Source: Callorhinchus milii
Lineage: Eukaryota
Direction: 5' to 3'
Assembly: GCF_018977255.1 (NCBI RefSeq)
Contig: NW_024704742.1
Coordinates: forward strand, 33,730,001 to 33,794,000
Length of the DNA stretch: 64,000 nt
Shown: positions 1-11,130 of the stretch, one piece after another
Layout of the letters: every line of letters starts with the position of its first letter
Numbering within the stretch: position 1 is the stretch's first letter
Notes under the pieces: model-generated
Database searches by the model: none
The model's input: the letters and a program-made list of their open reading frames with translations, nothing else
Told to the model about the DNA's origin: nothing
Program-made: the position numbers and the translations under genes

Positions 1-3000
1 TCCCCTGAGATAGTTTCACCCTCTTCCTCGACTCACTGAACAATAATTAGAAGCAGAAGAAACGCTGGAAATCCACCGCAGGCGAGTCAGCATCCGAAAG
101 AGAGAGACGGGTTAATATTTCGGGCACGACTTCTGGGCAGAACTTGGTGGAAAAAAAACACATCGGATTTGCCCACTTTATTGATCATTTGCACATGGCC
201 TGTCTCGTTCGCCTTCAAATACACTTTCACTGTGAAGCGTGTTGAGACTATCTCAAATAGCAAACATTATTATTATTATTATTTATTTTGCACATCAGCA
301 GAAACAAACCTCACTGCAAATCGTTTGCAGATCTCCTTGGCAGAGCTTATTCGCACAGATTCAAGTCAGAGTCTGGGCACACAGCAACCCTTTTACGAGG
401 TGAATGCAACTTCAGTCAGACTGGTCAGGGTGTTTGGGTCGTTAAGAGTTCTGGTACAGTCGTTACTTGGGGCACCTGTTCTTTACAGCACTTTTTTCTT
501 TAAAAAAAGCCTTTCGTATTGTATGTAGGTGTTTGAGAGATACTCGCTGAGTCGCCCCCAAATCGCTTCGCAGAATATACTGCAAAGTGCAATGAAGCCA
601 GAAGACGCAGGAGGTCAGGCAGCATCTATGGAGAGAGGAAAGTGAGTTAACCTTTCAGGTCTATGGCCCTTCGTCAAAACTCACACGGCACAGACCTGGA
701 CTGGAACGAGATTGGGTATTATCAGAATCGAAGCCAAGTATACAAAAACAGTGACTGGGAGCCACACAGTAATGTTGATCTTGTGTTCTGTTCTGCAAAC
801 CCTGTGCGTTTATCCAACCACCACCCCCACCCCCCCCCCCCCCCCCCCCCCAAAAAAAAAGAAGCAACGAAGCAACTCAAAACGATTTGAAGGGACATGA
901 ATATCCCAGAATCAATTGTCATATAAAATGATTTGGCGATGATTTTACGTTTCTCTCTCCCTCTCTGCATAATAAATATCACAGCCACACAGTCCCCTTT
1001 CTCTCTCTCTCTCTCTCTCTCCCACTTTTTTTTTAAAAAAATCTAAATAGTTTAAAAGGCGGCGATTTCTCAGCATAGCAGAGATCCCAGAGTGTATGTT
1101 TATGCTTTACACTTTGAAGTTGCATCGCCCCCCCTGTCCCACTCTTGCATTTGCTCTCCCTTTTCACCTGCACCAGGAACATTAATGCGCCATCACAACT
1201 TGTGGGGTCGAAAGCATAAGACCTAATCTCATCCCAGGTTTCGTAGCAACATCTTCCACCAAAGTTTTAGGGCTTTTCGGGTCACCTTAGGGTTCAAGCT
1301 ACTTACAGAACAAAGCATCTCTTCAGCTCCTGGTTTCTAGGGAAAACGCACTGAATTTTCTGATGAGGTCAGACCGTTGATTTTTTAAAATCTTACCATT
1401 TATCTTGCCACAGAATTGGGTACTTAAAGGCTGTAGTGAAACCGTTTGACCCTTTAGGACAGTTCATGCACTGGACACTGGCTGGACTCTTTAACCCCCT
1501 GTTGCTGTGCAACCTGTGGTTTTTTTTTTGCACAACATTTCAACTGGGATCACTCTCGCACAGTCCAACCCCTTGGACAGACCTTTCACAGCGTATACGA
1601 CGCCTGTGACCAAATTTCCAAGTAACACATTTATAATTTGTGTACAACACATGACATGACTTACAATGCAACGGTTACATGATTAGTTAGAAAAAAAAGT
1701 TATACGTTTTCAATCCATTTGTGCGATGTGTATATCTAAAGATACCTCGTCCAAGTCTTACTGCAAACCTTCATAGATTTGTTCCAGCAATGTTTAATAC
1801 TGCAGTGAACACTTTTTTTTTGCTTTATTGTCCAGCAGTAATTTCTCGAGGCAAGGAACTAAATTGCAAGACACCTCCAAAATGATGTCTTCTAATTCAT
1901 ACTTAAATATATAACCGTAGCCATAAAATATTAAGATGCGACCATAACCACAGCAGAAGTCTTTTGTCGATTTTGCTTCCGGTGAAGGGAACTTAAATGG
2001 TATCATACATATTTGTGAACACCACTTTGGCTGACGGGTCACTATAAATTTGTCTTGATCTAATAATTGCGATTCAATTTTCCCTTGCTTTTAAAGTCTT
2101 AATGCGATCGTATGGATATTGTACTCTCAATGACATTTTACTCTATAATAGAAAAAAAAACCACCTCTCGTCTTCACATTAGAGATGGTTTTCTGGAGAC
2201 CGTGAATTTCCAGGGCATTGAAAATACAATATATCTGGTCCACGATTACCATTATTATTATACATGTATATATAAACAGACAGACAGACAGACAGGTTAG
2301 ATCAAACCATTTCAAGCGATTTTAACAATCAATTAAGGCAAATCATCAGTGAATGCCATTTAATACCTGCTGTTTAAATATGCAATGATCCTGCACTTAC
2401 ACAGGAGTGACTCTATTTCCCTTACAACTGTGCCTCTTGTTGTCACTACACCTGCACCACTTCTTGCCAGACAAACATCAGTGCAGAATTTCAGATGCCA
2501 TCGCCAGTGAGAATGAAAACTAAACAGTGCATAAAAAATAAAAAAANGTCTGTGGCGAAGCATCAACTTAAATGACCTGTCCTCAAAGAATACAGATGTG
2601 GCGCTCGGGCTGTGTTTACCAAACACCAACCCCTTTACACTGGGCGCCACTTAAGGTGCAAATACGCTTCTCCGGTGATACCAGTGTCTTGAGCTTTAAT
2701 AATCCACTGACCATCAATGTGACACAGTCTCGTGCGATTAACCTTCGACTTGAATTGAAAAACGCTGCAACTTTTTTTTGAAAAAAATGAGTTCAACACC
2801 TCGCAAAACTCGCCCGTGCCTATTAGTTTGGAAACCTTTTCTTTTAAAGAAAAAAAACGCAGCAAGTTGCTTCTCCCAGATCTTCTACAGATCACGGAAA
2901 GAGTGATTTCTTCGTGTTTTCCCCACCTCGACTTATCGTGCAATGTTTTGGTTTCTGTTGGAAGAAACAACCGGATAAAATAATAATAAATATAATAATA

Positions 3001-3870
3001 AATAATAATAATAACAATAATAATAAAATGTTTGCAGTGGGCTCGTTCCTGTCGAGGGGTCTTTCTCTTGACTGTGTTGACGATACTTCAGATAAAGTTA
3101 AGAAGCAGATATCTTTGGGGAGAGTGGGTCACTTGGTTAGTTGCAATATCCGAGTGGTTGCTCCTGAATGCCTCTCCCTCTTTACTGGGTTAGAAATTAC
3201 AAATACAGTAATATAGTTTGGGTTCCCAAACTCTGGCTGTTACTTTGCGCTGTTCAGTTTATTTTTATTTTTTTTGGAGGTGGGGTGGTGGGTGGGGGTG
3301 ACATTGAAGCAAGGAGCAAGGAGGCGCCCTAAACATTATAAGCATTTATTTGGGTTCCTCGTTCCTCTCTATCCCACTCCTCTCTCCCTTTCTTTGGTAT
3401 TTCTCCAATCCCCACCCCCCCCCCCCCCTTTTTTCCCCTTTGCATAGGACTCTGTTGCCTCGACGTGCTATTTACTGAGGGATTTGGTTATTGTGTGCTG
3501 AGCGGTGGAGGTAACTTCTATCGTTCAACAAATTGGCTGTTCGTGTTGAGAGCTGAGAGCCACCGCCTCTCCTGCACTCACTGATCCAGTAGCTGTGTTT
3601 AAGCAATCGTTGTACTTTTCACTCAGCGTCTGTCTGTTTGCTGCTCAAGGCTTTATGCTGACTTTTATTTACCCTCACGTAGATCTGGCATACAGGGTGT
3701 CTGAAACAGCACCCTTTCCCTTTTACTTGTTCAGGCTTCCTCACACCAATCCTCAGGCTCTTCATCCAAATCTATCGAATCCCACTGAGGCAGAACAATA
3801 TTTGATCATTCTGGTTACAAATAATATCTGTCTGCCTCACTGAAACCTGACACCGTGCAGTTTCTAGCTT

Positions 3871-3913
<43 letters not shown>

Positions 3914-4371
3914 TTTCGGAGGTTTCAATGACCTTAGAATCTATCTCATTCTTTGTGCTCACAGAATACCTTTGTACTATCTTGGGACATTTTTTCGCAC
4001 AGACTTTTAACACTCAGAGTAACTGCACACTATATTTGTTCTATTTTCTCTGTAACTTTTTGGCAGTCCATTTTACTTTCCATCTCTATCTTCTTACCCT
4101 GTATCTCTGTATGTATCAAATCTCTGTATTTCTCATTCTCGGCACATTTCTCTTATTGCCTTTATTTTCCTGCCCTGTTTTATTATCAAAAATGCAAGAA
4201 TTATTATTATTATTATCTGAACTTATATGTCTCTCTATTTTTGCACTGCATTTCACTTCCTCTTCCTCTCACTTTCCTCGCTTTCTTTGTTGATATCTCA
4301 ATTCTCTGTTCTTTTTCTTCACCTCCATTGCCTGTTTTTCTAATCATTCCCTCCATTGTTTCTGCTTCAAG

Positions 4372-4790
4372 TATCAGCTTGACTCAATTGGTAATAGTCT
4401 TGAGAAAGTTGTGGATTCAAGCCCCACGTCGGGACTTGAGCTCACAATACAGGTTGACACTCCAATGTTGTCCTGGGTATTGATCCCTGCATTGTCAGAG
4501 GTATTGTTCTTCAGATAAAACATTAAATGGAAGTCCCCTCTGCCTGTTCAAGTGGTTGTTAAAGATCCCATTCGACTATTAGAAAAGAGGAGGCGGTTTC
4601 TCCTGGTGACTGGGCAACAATCCTCCAGATAAGTTGGTCATTCACCTCTTGGCTCTTTGTGGGACCTTGTTGGGAGCAAATTGGTTGCAGTTTTTGCCTA
4701 GAAAAACGGCTACTACACTTGATAGTAATTATTGTAAAATACTATATGATGTTTTGATGTGATAAGGCATTTATAAAAATCAATTTATTT
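4372..4790 (+). mobile_element. Deu-domain (SacSINE1-like) tRNA-derived SINE (family B)
   Basis: tRNA-like head (gttgtggattcaagccccac), then gctgacactcc, ttaaagatccca and ctcctggtg segments and the shared L2-like tail; resembles shark DeuSINEs as I recall them. Other copies at about 40615-40895 (-), 54050-54360 (-), 27820-28130 (-), 61655-61870 (+) and 15830-16010 (+). Confidence 0.7.
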
Positions 4791-4991
4791 CTATAATCTA
4801 TCTTTGTCACCCTTCGGTATTTGAGTTTCTATTTCTCTTTCAATTTATTCTCCCTCGCCCTGAATCCCTATGTGTATCTGTCTCTATTCCTTTTCTATAT
4901 CAATCTCAATTTTCTCTCTTCCTCTCCTGACTTTGCTGACTCTGCTGGAGTACATTTCCACTGGTTTTAATCACTCTCTATTCTGCCTTTT

Positions 4992-5023
<32 letters not shown>

Positions 5024-5774
5024 TTCTTTCTTTTTCTTTTTCTTTCTATTTGTTTATTCTATTTTCTGCAACAGTAGCCATATCTTTTCCCACAATATTT
5101 TTAATTTCTCTCTTCCACCTTTCTTTCTGTACATCAGTCTTCCTCTCTTTTTCTACTTTGTGTTAGACTCCCTGCTATGCATTAGTCTACCTCTCTCTTT
5201 GTGTTTTATCTCGCTCTGTAAGTGTCTAAAGTCTATCAGTCTCCATACTTTCTCTTTATCAGACTATGCTTTCACTTGTCAGTCTATCTCTGTATCCTTG
5301 CATTTGATATAGGGTCTTTCATGTCAGGAGGACATCTCAATGTGTTTCACAGCAATACTGCAAAATGTAGTAACTGTGTATTTTGTTGGTGAACATGGCA
5401 CCCGATTTGAACACAAGAATGTCCCACAAACAGCCATGAAGTGAATAACCAATTTTATCTGGGGGATTGTTGATGCTTCCTTTCTTTGTGTACCCCTGAC
5501 TGTCCAGCACCTTGGAACGTCCTCCCGACGTGAAAGGCACTCTATAAATGTAATTTTGTTGTTGTTGTTGTATCTGTTTCTATATGTTTTTTTATCACTC
5601 TGTGCATTTGTTCCTATATGTTTTCTTACTCTGTGTCTCACTCCCTATATTCTATCTGTCTATTAATCACTTTGCTTCCGTATTCTCTGCATCATTCTTT
5701 ATGCTTTATTATTCACTTTGGTTTCCCTCTTATGCACAGGTCCCTATCCTGTCTCCCTCTTTTCCTCTCACACT

Positions 5775-6405
5775 TTGTAACAATCCCTATCATCTCTTTT
5801 GCTGAGGCCTTCATTCACGCTTTCATCACGTTCAGGCTTGACTATGACAACCCTCTGCTTGTGGGACTCCCCTGCTTGTCCCTACACAAGCTGCAGACCA
5901 TCTAAAACCCTGTAGCCCATATTCTCTCCTAAACCAGACTCTGTGAGCTTATGGTCACCATTCTCACTTGGCCCCCATTTATCCTCTCCCCTCATCCCGA
6001 TTGAATTTAAGATCCTCGCTCTCACCTTTGAATTCCTCCACGACCACACCACACACAATTTCTGTAACCTCCTACAACCCTATCAGCTGCTCCCTTCACT
6101 TGTTGAACACTGACTTGCTTCATGTTCCCCCATTCTATCCACCCCACCATTGGTGAAAGAGCAGCCATTCTAACCTCCACTCCTCTCTGAAACTCCATCC
6201 CGGAGTTCCTCCAATTCACCCCCCTCCCCCCCCCCCACATTCAAAGCCCACCTCTAAACTTACCTATTTGACCATATTATCTCTACCCTCCCCATTCTAC
6301 CCCACTCTACCCTCTTCAACTCCCACTCCCTGGCTCGGGTGCCCAACCAGCAGTGTGAAGTGCTCTGAGACTTCCTCTCAATGTGAATATAAATGTAAAT
6401 TGAAT
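5775..6405 (+). mobile_element. Degenerate L2 LINE 3' fragment
   Basis: FIHAFITFRLDYDNPLLVGLPCLSLHKLQTI and an L2-type tail. Confidence 0.8.
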
Positions 6406-6669
6406 TATATTTCTCTGTACTTCTATTAGTCGTGTTTTGTCTCTATTTTGCTCTTTATATCAGCTCTATCATTTTATATCAGTACCTGGGTTTGCTCTTT
6501 CTACCATTTATTTTCACTCTCACTAGAAGCACTATTCTCTCCCTGTCTATCTATATAATTTCCCATGCTTTCTCTCTTTCATTACCTCTATATCGACCCT
6601 TATGTTATTATATCTTTATGTGACCCTATACTTCCTATATCTTCTCTGTCACTGTGTTGTTTTCTATGC

Positions 6670-6890
6670 CTTTCTCTGTCTCTTTCTGTCACTCTCTCTC
6701 TGTCACTCTCTGTATTAGTGGCTGTACTTTCTCTGTCTCTCTCTCTGTCACTCTGTATTAGTGGTTGTATTTTCTCTGTCTCTCTCTCTGTCACTCTCTG
6801 TATTAGTGGCTGTACTTTCTCTGTCACTCTCTGTATTAGTGGCTGTACTTTCTCTGTCACTCTCTATATTAGTGGCTGTACTTTGTCTCT
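6670..6890. repeat. Minisatellite, about 33-bp unit ctgtattagtggctgtactttctctgtcactct
   Basis: About 5 tandem copies visible. Confidence 0.9.
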
Positions 6891-7233
6891 GGTGCCTTTT
6901 GTTTTCCCTCTGCACGAGATGCTGTTTTCTCTCTTGTCACCGTATCTATACCAATGCCTGTGCTTTTTCTCTCTCTCTGTCTCCATCACTTTTTCTGTAT
7001 TAGCCCGTGTGCTCTTTACTCTCAAGCGCTTTGAGGCACATCTTCCAACGTGATAAGGCGTGATAACAAATGCAAGGGTGATACGCGCTCTCTGTATCAA
7101 CACCACCAAATTGGATTTATATAGCTCCTATCACGTCGGGAGGACACCCAAAGGCCATATAACATATATATAATAGTTTAATATATATCAGTGCCCATCC
7201 TACCCCATGCCTCTCTCTCTCTCTCTCTCTCTC

Positions 7234-7832
7234 TAACCTGCAATGCTCTCTCTCTCTAACATTCAATGCTCTCTCTCTCTAACATGCAATGCTCTCTCTC
7301 TCTAACATGCAATGCTCTCTCTCTCTCTAACATGCAATGCTCTCTCTCTCTAACATGCAATGCTCTCTCTAACATGCAATGCTCTCTCTCTCTAACATGC
7401 AATGCTCTCTCTCTCTCTAACATGCAATGCTCTCTCTCTCTCTAACATGCAATGCTCTCTCTCTAACATGCAATGCTCTCTCTCTCTAACATGCAATGCT
7501 CTCTCTCTCTCTAACATGCAATGCTCTCTCTCTCTCTGTAACATGCAATGCTCTCTCTCTCTCTGTAACATGCAATGCTCTCTCTCTCTCTGTAACATGC
7601 AATGCTCTCTCTCTCTCTCTGTAACATGCAATGCTCTCTCTCTCTCTGTAACATGCAATTCTCTCTCTCTCTCTCTCTCTTTAACATGCAATGCTCTCTC
7701 TCTCTAACATGCAATGCTCTCTCTCTCTGTAACATGCAATGCTCTCTCTCTCTAACATGCAATGCTCTCTCTCTCTGTAACATGCAATGCTCTCTCTCTC
7801 TAACATGCAATGCTCTCTCTCTCTCTCTCTCT
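7234..7832. repeat. Minisatellite, unit TAACATGCAATG(CT)n, roughly 25 copies
   Basis: Directly visible tandem array with a constant core and a variable CT tail. Confidence 0.95.
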
Positions 7833-7879
7833 GCACGAGTGGCTCTGATTTCTCTCTATCAGTGCCCACCCTGCCTGCC

Positions 7880-8135
7880 TGCCTGCCTGCCCGCCCGCCC
7901 CGCTCTAATGACCCTGTGATGAGGGGAGGCCGGCTCCCGCGCGCGTGGCAGGCGGTGCTCGGCGCCCTGTGATTGGCGGCTCGGCCCCGCGGCAGTAATG
8001 AGCGGCACGTTCCTGGTGCCGGGGCCCGGAGCGCGAGCCCCAATGGCAGGCGCTGCCTGACTGGCCGGCGGCGCCCAGCCTGCGGCCCCCGCTGAGTGTC
8101 TGCACAGCCCTATATAAAGCCCTTTGGTGGCAGTG
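7880..8135 (+). promoter_or_regulatory. NEUROG2 proximal promoter (CpG-rich; CCAAT boxes; TATA box)
   Basis: CpG-dense segment with ATTGG near 7972, CCAAT at 8040-8044 and TATATAAA at 8111-8118. Hes-type sites: CGCGTG at 7942-7947 and CACGAG at 7834-7839. Confidence 0.75.
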
Positions 8136-8139
8136 AGGG

Positions 8140-8613
8140 GCAGGCGGGCGTGTGCCAGACACACAGCCCACTTTAACGACAGGCAGCGCTTCTCCATCAG
8201 CACCGGGTCGCGTGCCAGTCAGCCAGACAGGCACCAGGGCAGCCAGACAGGCACCAGGGCAGTCAGACAGGCACCAGGGCAGTCAGACAGGCACCAGGGC
8301 AGCCAGGCAACAGGCACCAGGCACAGGCAGTCAGGCTGGTGTGCACCGCCTCTCAATAACCCATCGCATCTCTTTTATTTTGACATACAGGAAAACAGCG
8401 GTGCTTTTTTTTTTTCTCTCTCTTTCTCTCTCTCTCCTTAAATGCGCCCCAAACCCCGAGAATAAAGAGAAAGGGGAACCCAGTTAAGGTGCAGAAAAGC
8501 AGCGAGAAAGTGTTTCCAGCGGCCAGAGGGAGGACCGGCCGCTCCGGGACAGTTATTTAACCAGACATTGAGCAGTTTGGGGGGACTCTTCCGCGTCCCA
8601 AGTTGTTTTGAAA
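8140..8613 (+). other. NEUROG2: NEUROG2 non-coding exon 1 (5' UTR); start approximate
   Basis: Begins about 25-30 nt after the TATA box and ends at a strong donor AAA|GTAAGT (GT at 8614). An intron immediately before the ATG is the known NEUROG2 structure. Confidence 0.65.
8219..8335 (+). repeat. 20-bp tandem repeat (agccagacaggcaccagggc) in the NEUROG2 5' UTR
   Basis: Four near-perfect copies plus degenerate ones. Confidence 0.9.
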
Positions 8614-9268
8614 GTAAGTTTGTCCATAATGTCTTTATTCCTTATATATTATATTGCATATGTGTAGTACAGACCTGTGCATCATGTACACAGTGCGTGT
8701 ATATAGTATATGGATATCATCTGTAGTATATATATGGTATATGAGAAAATCTTATTTAAAGAGATCTGCATCCTTTTGCCCTTGGACTAACTGTTGTCTT
8801 TTCCTCCCCCAATGTGTGTGTGTTGTGTGTGTGGTGTTGTGTGTGTGTGGTGTTGTGTGTGTGTGGTGTTGTGTGTGTGGTGTGGTGTGTGTGTGTGTGT
8901 GGGTGTGTGTGGTGTTGTGTGTGTGTGTGGTGTGTGTGTGGGTGTGGTGTTGTGTGGTGGTGTGTGTGTGGTGTGTGTGTGTGTGGTGGTGTTTGTGTGG
9001 TGGTGTGTGTGTGTGTGTGGTGTGTGGGTGTGTGGTGTGTGTGTGTGTGTGGTGTGTGTGTGGTGTGTGTGTGGTGTGTGTGTGTGTGTGTGGTGGTGTG
9101 TGTGTGTGTGGTGGTGTGTGTGGTGTTGTGTGTGTGTGTGGTGTTGTGTGGTGTGTGTGGTGTGTGTGTGGGTGTGTGTGTGTGTGTGTGGTGGTGTGTG
9201 GTGGTGTGTGTGTGGTGGGTGTGTGTGTGTGGTGTGTGTGTGTGTGTGTGTGGGTGTGTGTTGAACAG
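8614..9268 (+). other. NEUROG2: NEUROG2 5' UTR intron
   Basis: GTAAGT donor at 8614; ACTAAC branch-like motif at 8786-8791; pyrimidine tract at about 8797-8810; first downstream AG at 9267-9268. Confidence 0.7.
8813..9262 (+). repeat. Compound (TG)n/(TGG)n microsatellite, G and T only
   Basis: About 450 nt with no A or C. Confidence 0.97.
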
Positions 9269-9269
9269 C

Positions 9270-10049
9270 ATGTCTCCCCAGTCTGCGAGATGCGATTACA
9301 AAGAGCAGGACAGCGGCGAGTTCTTCACCTGCCCCCCTGTATGTTGCACCATGAGCTCGGGCGAGATGTCCATCCCATCGGCGGCGGAGGAGGGGGAGGA
9401 GGGGGAGGGGGAGGAGGGGGAGGAGGAACGGGAGGGAGAGGGGGAGGATGGAGAGCGGGAGGAGGAGAACATCTCGGATACCCCGGCAGCCCACAAGCCG
9501 GGATGCAAGCGGCGATCCCGAGGTCGGGGCAAACCCAGGAGCCAAGTGTTGGTCCAGAAGATCAAGAAGACGCGCCGCATCAAAGCCAACAACAGGGAGA
9601 GGAACAGGATGCACAACCTGAACGGCGCCCTGGACGCGCTCCGGGAGGTGCTGCCCGCCTTCCCCGAGGACGCCAAACTCACCAAGATCGAGACCCTCCG
9701 CTTCGCCCACAACTACATCTGGGCTCTGACCGAGGCGCTGAGACTCGCCGACCCCGCCAGCGGCTCCGGGGACTCGGGCTACGGGGGGCCCGAGCAGCAG
9801 TACCTGGACTCGGGGGTTTGCAGCCCCAACCCCAGCCCCGGGTCATCCGGCAACTCGTGGAGCTGCTCCAGTTCCCCTTCCCCTTCCCCTTCCTCCTCCT
9901 CCTCCTCCTCCTACACATGCACTTTATCACCCGCCAGTCCTGCCCGATCGGAAGACCTGTATTTCGGGCAATCGGAGAACATTTACGCAGCTCCTAAGCG
10001 CCTCTCCGACTTGCTCCGGGGCTCGTCCCCGTTTCACGAATTCATCTGA
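9270..10049 (+). CDS. NEUROG2: Neurogenin-2 proneural bHLH transcription factor (single coding exon, 259 aa)
   Basis: b[66 protein letters not shown] closely matches NEUROG2, as does the C-terminal [13 protein letters not shown] at 9270 follows the acceptor aacag|C and is in frame with ORF 8814-10049; TGA ends at 10049. The adjacent ALPK1 gene supports NEUROG2 over NEUROG1/3. Confidence 0.95.
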   Translation: MSPQSARCDYKEQDSGEFFTCPPVCCTMSSGEMSIPSAAEEGEEGEGEEGEEEREGEGEDGEREEENISDTPAAHKPGCKRRSRGRGKPRSQVLVQKIKKTRRIKANNRERNRMHNLNGALDALREVLPAFPEDAKLTKIETLRFAHNYIWALTEALRLADPASGSGDSGYGGPEQQYLDSGVCSPNPSPGSSGNSWSCSSSPSPSPSSSSSSSYTCTLSPASPARSEDLYFGQSENIYAAPKRLSDLLRGSSPFHEFI

Positions 10050-10057
10050 CACTCCTC

Positions 10058-10088
<31 letters not shown>

Positions 10089-10586
10089 ACCCACCACCAC
10101 CCATCCCTCCAAAAAAAAAACCCAACCACCAAAGCGCTACACCTGCGCGAGTGTGAGCTTCTGCTCTTTTATATCGTATTTTTTTATTAAAAAAATAAGA
10201 GAGAGAGACCCCCACCCCCCACCCCCCCACCCCCACCCCCCCGCGTTGCATTCTGCAACAGTTGGACACTGTTTGCACATTGCCAGACGAACAACAACGG
10301 GAGTTGGGAGAGATTTTTTTTGGGGGGTACTGTGCGATTTCATGTATGGGTTTTTTTTTTAGGGAAGAAATGTGTAATTTTCCCCACTGCTTTCGCGTTA
10401 GCATCCGCTCCTGCACACTTTTGCATCTGCCTGTCTTCCCGGGGAGGGACTCTGTTTGAAGGCTGTGGGAATTTGAACTGTCAAACCAAACTTTCCTCCT
10501 TGCACTTTGTCCATTTTCCCAGGTCCCTCCACAATGCCTTTTGTTCCCTTGTTTTTTTTTTCCTCTTTTTTTCTCTCTCTCTCTCC

Positions 10587-10631
<45 letters not shown>

Positions 10632-11124
10632 CTCTCTTGTCATCTCAAGAATGAGACCGACTTTAGCAGCTGTCTGGTATGATTTACGGAAAAAGATGTT
10701 CTGCTACAGGGCGAGGTTAGAAGTCATTGCATAATTTGTAGACTTTTTAATGAATGAAAACGAGCGTGTAAATTTAGGTTGAGGGCTCTATCAAAGGCAG
10801 AGAGAGAGAGGAGAAGGGAAGCACAAGGAGGAAGACTTCATGCATTATTTATCTCGACCTCCGGGGATGAGGAATTGCCTCCCCCCCCCACCCACCCCCC
10901 AACCGAAAGGAATCAGCCGAATAAAACGACCCGACACGGAGCATTAAAGCGATCATCTACACATGTGTTCACTTTTATTTATTATAAAGGAAAGATTTCA
11001 TGCACCGAATGTATATTTTGTATATTCTAAGAGTTTATTGTTTTCTATGTACTCGCCTCCAAGTCAGAAGGGAAACGTGTTTTGAAATGGAAACAAACGT
11101 TTTCGATTTTTTTAAATTAAAAAA

Positions 11125-11130
11125 AATAAA
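11125..11130 (+). terminator. Candidate NEUROG2 polyadenylation signal AATAAA
   Basis: AATAAA at the end of an AU-rich 3' UTR, followed by a GT-rich segment (tgtgtgttt, about 11168). Confidence 0.55.

Noticed and set aside
1360..1385. Hammerhead core CTGATGA-GGTC-A-GACC
   Set aside because: No GAAA follows the stem, and the loop is too short.
3928..5905. Hydrophobic ORFs resembling membrane proteins
   Set aside because: Products of CT-rich low-complexity DNA and SINE/LINE remnants; no exon structure or recognisable domain.
7234..7832. CRISPR-like array or repeat-protein ORFs (REHCML repeats)
   Set aside because: Spacers are only (CT)n length variants, there are no cas genes, and the context is vertebrate; this is a minisatellite.
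8814..9269. Cys/Val-rich N-terminal extension of the NEUROG2 ORF, and the overlapping His/Thr-rich ORFs
   Set aside because: Translation of an intronic TG microsatellite that cannot contain stops; the real start is ATG 9270 after a splice acceptor.
10058..10242. Poly-C runs as functional G-quadruplex or i-motif elements in the NEUROG2 3' UTR
   Set aside because: Similar homopolymer runs are scattered through the window (about 826, 3411, 16728), so they look like a genome-wide background feature.
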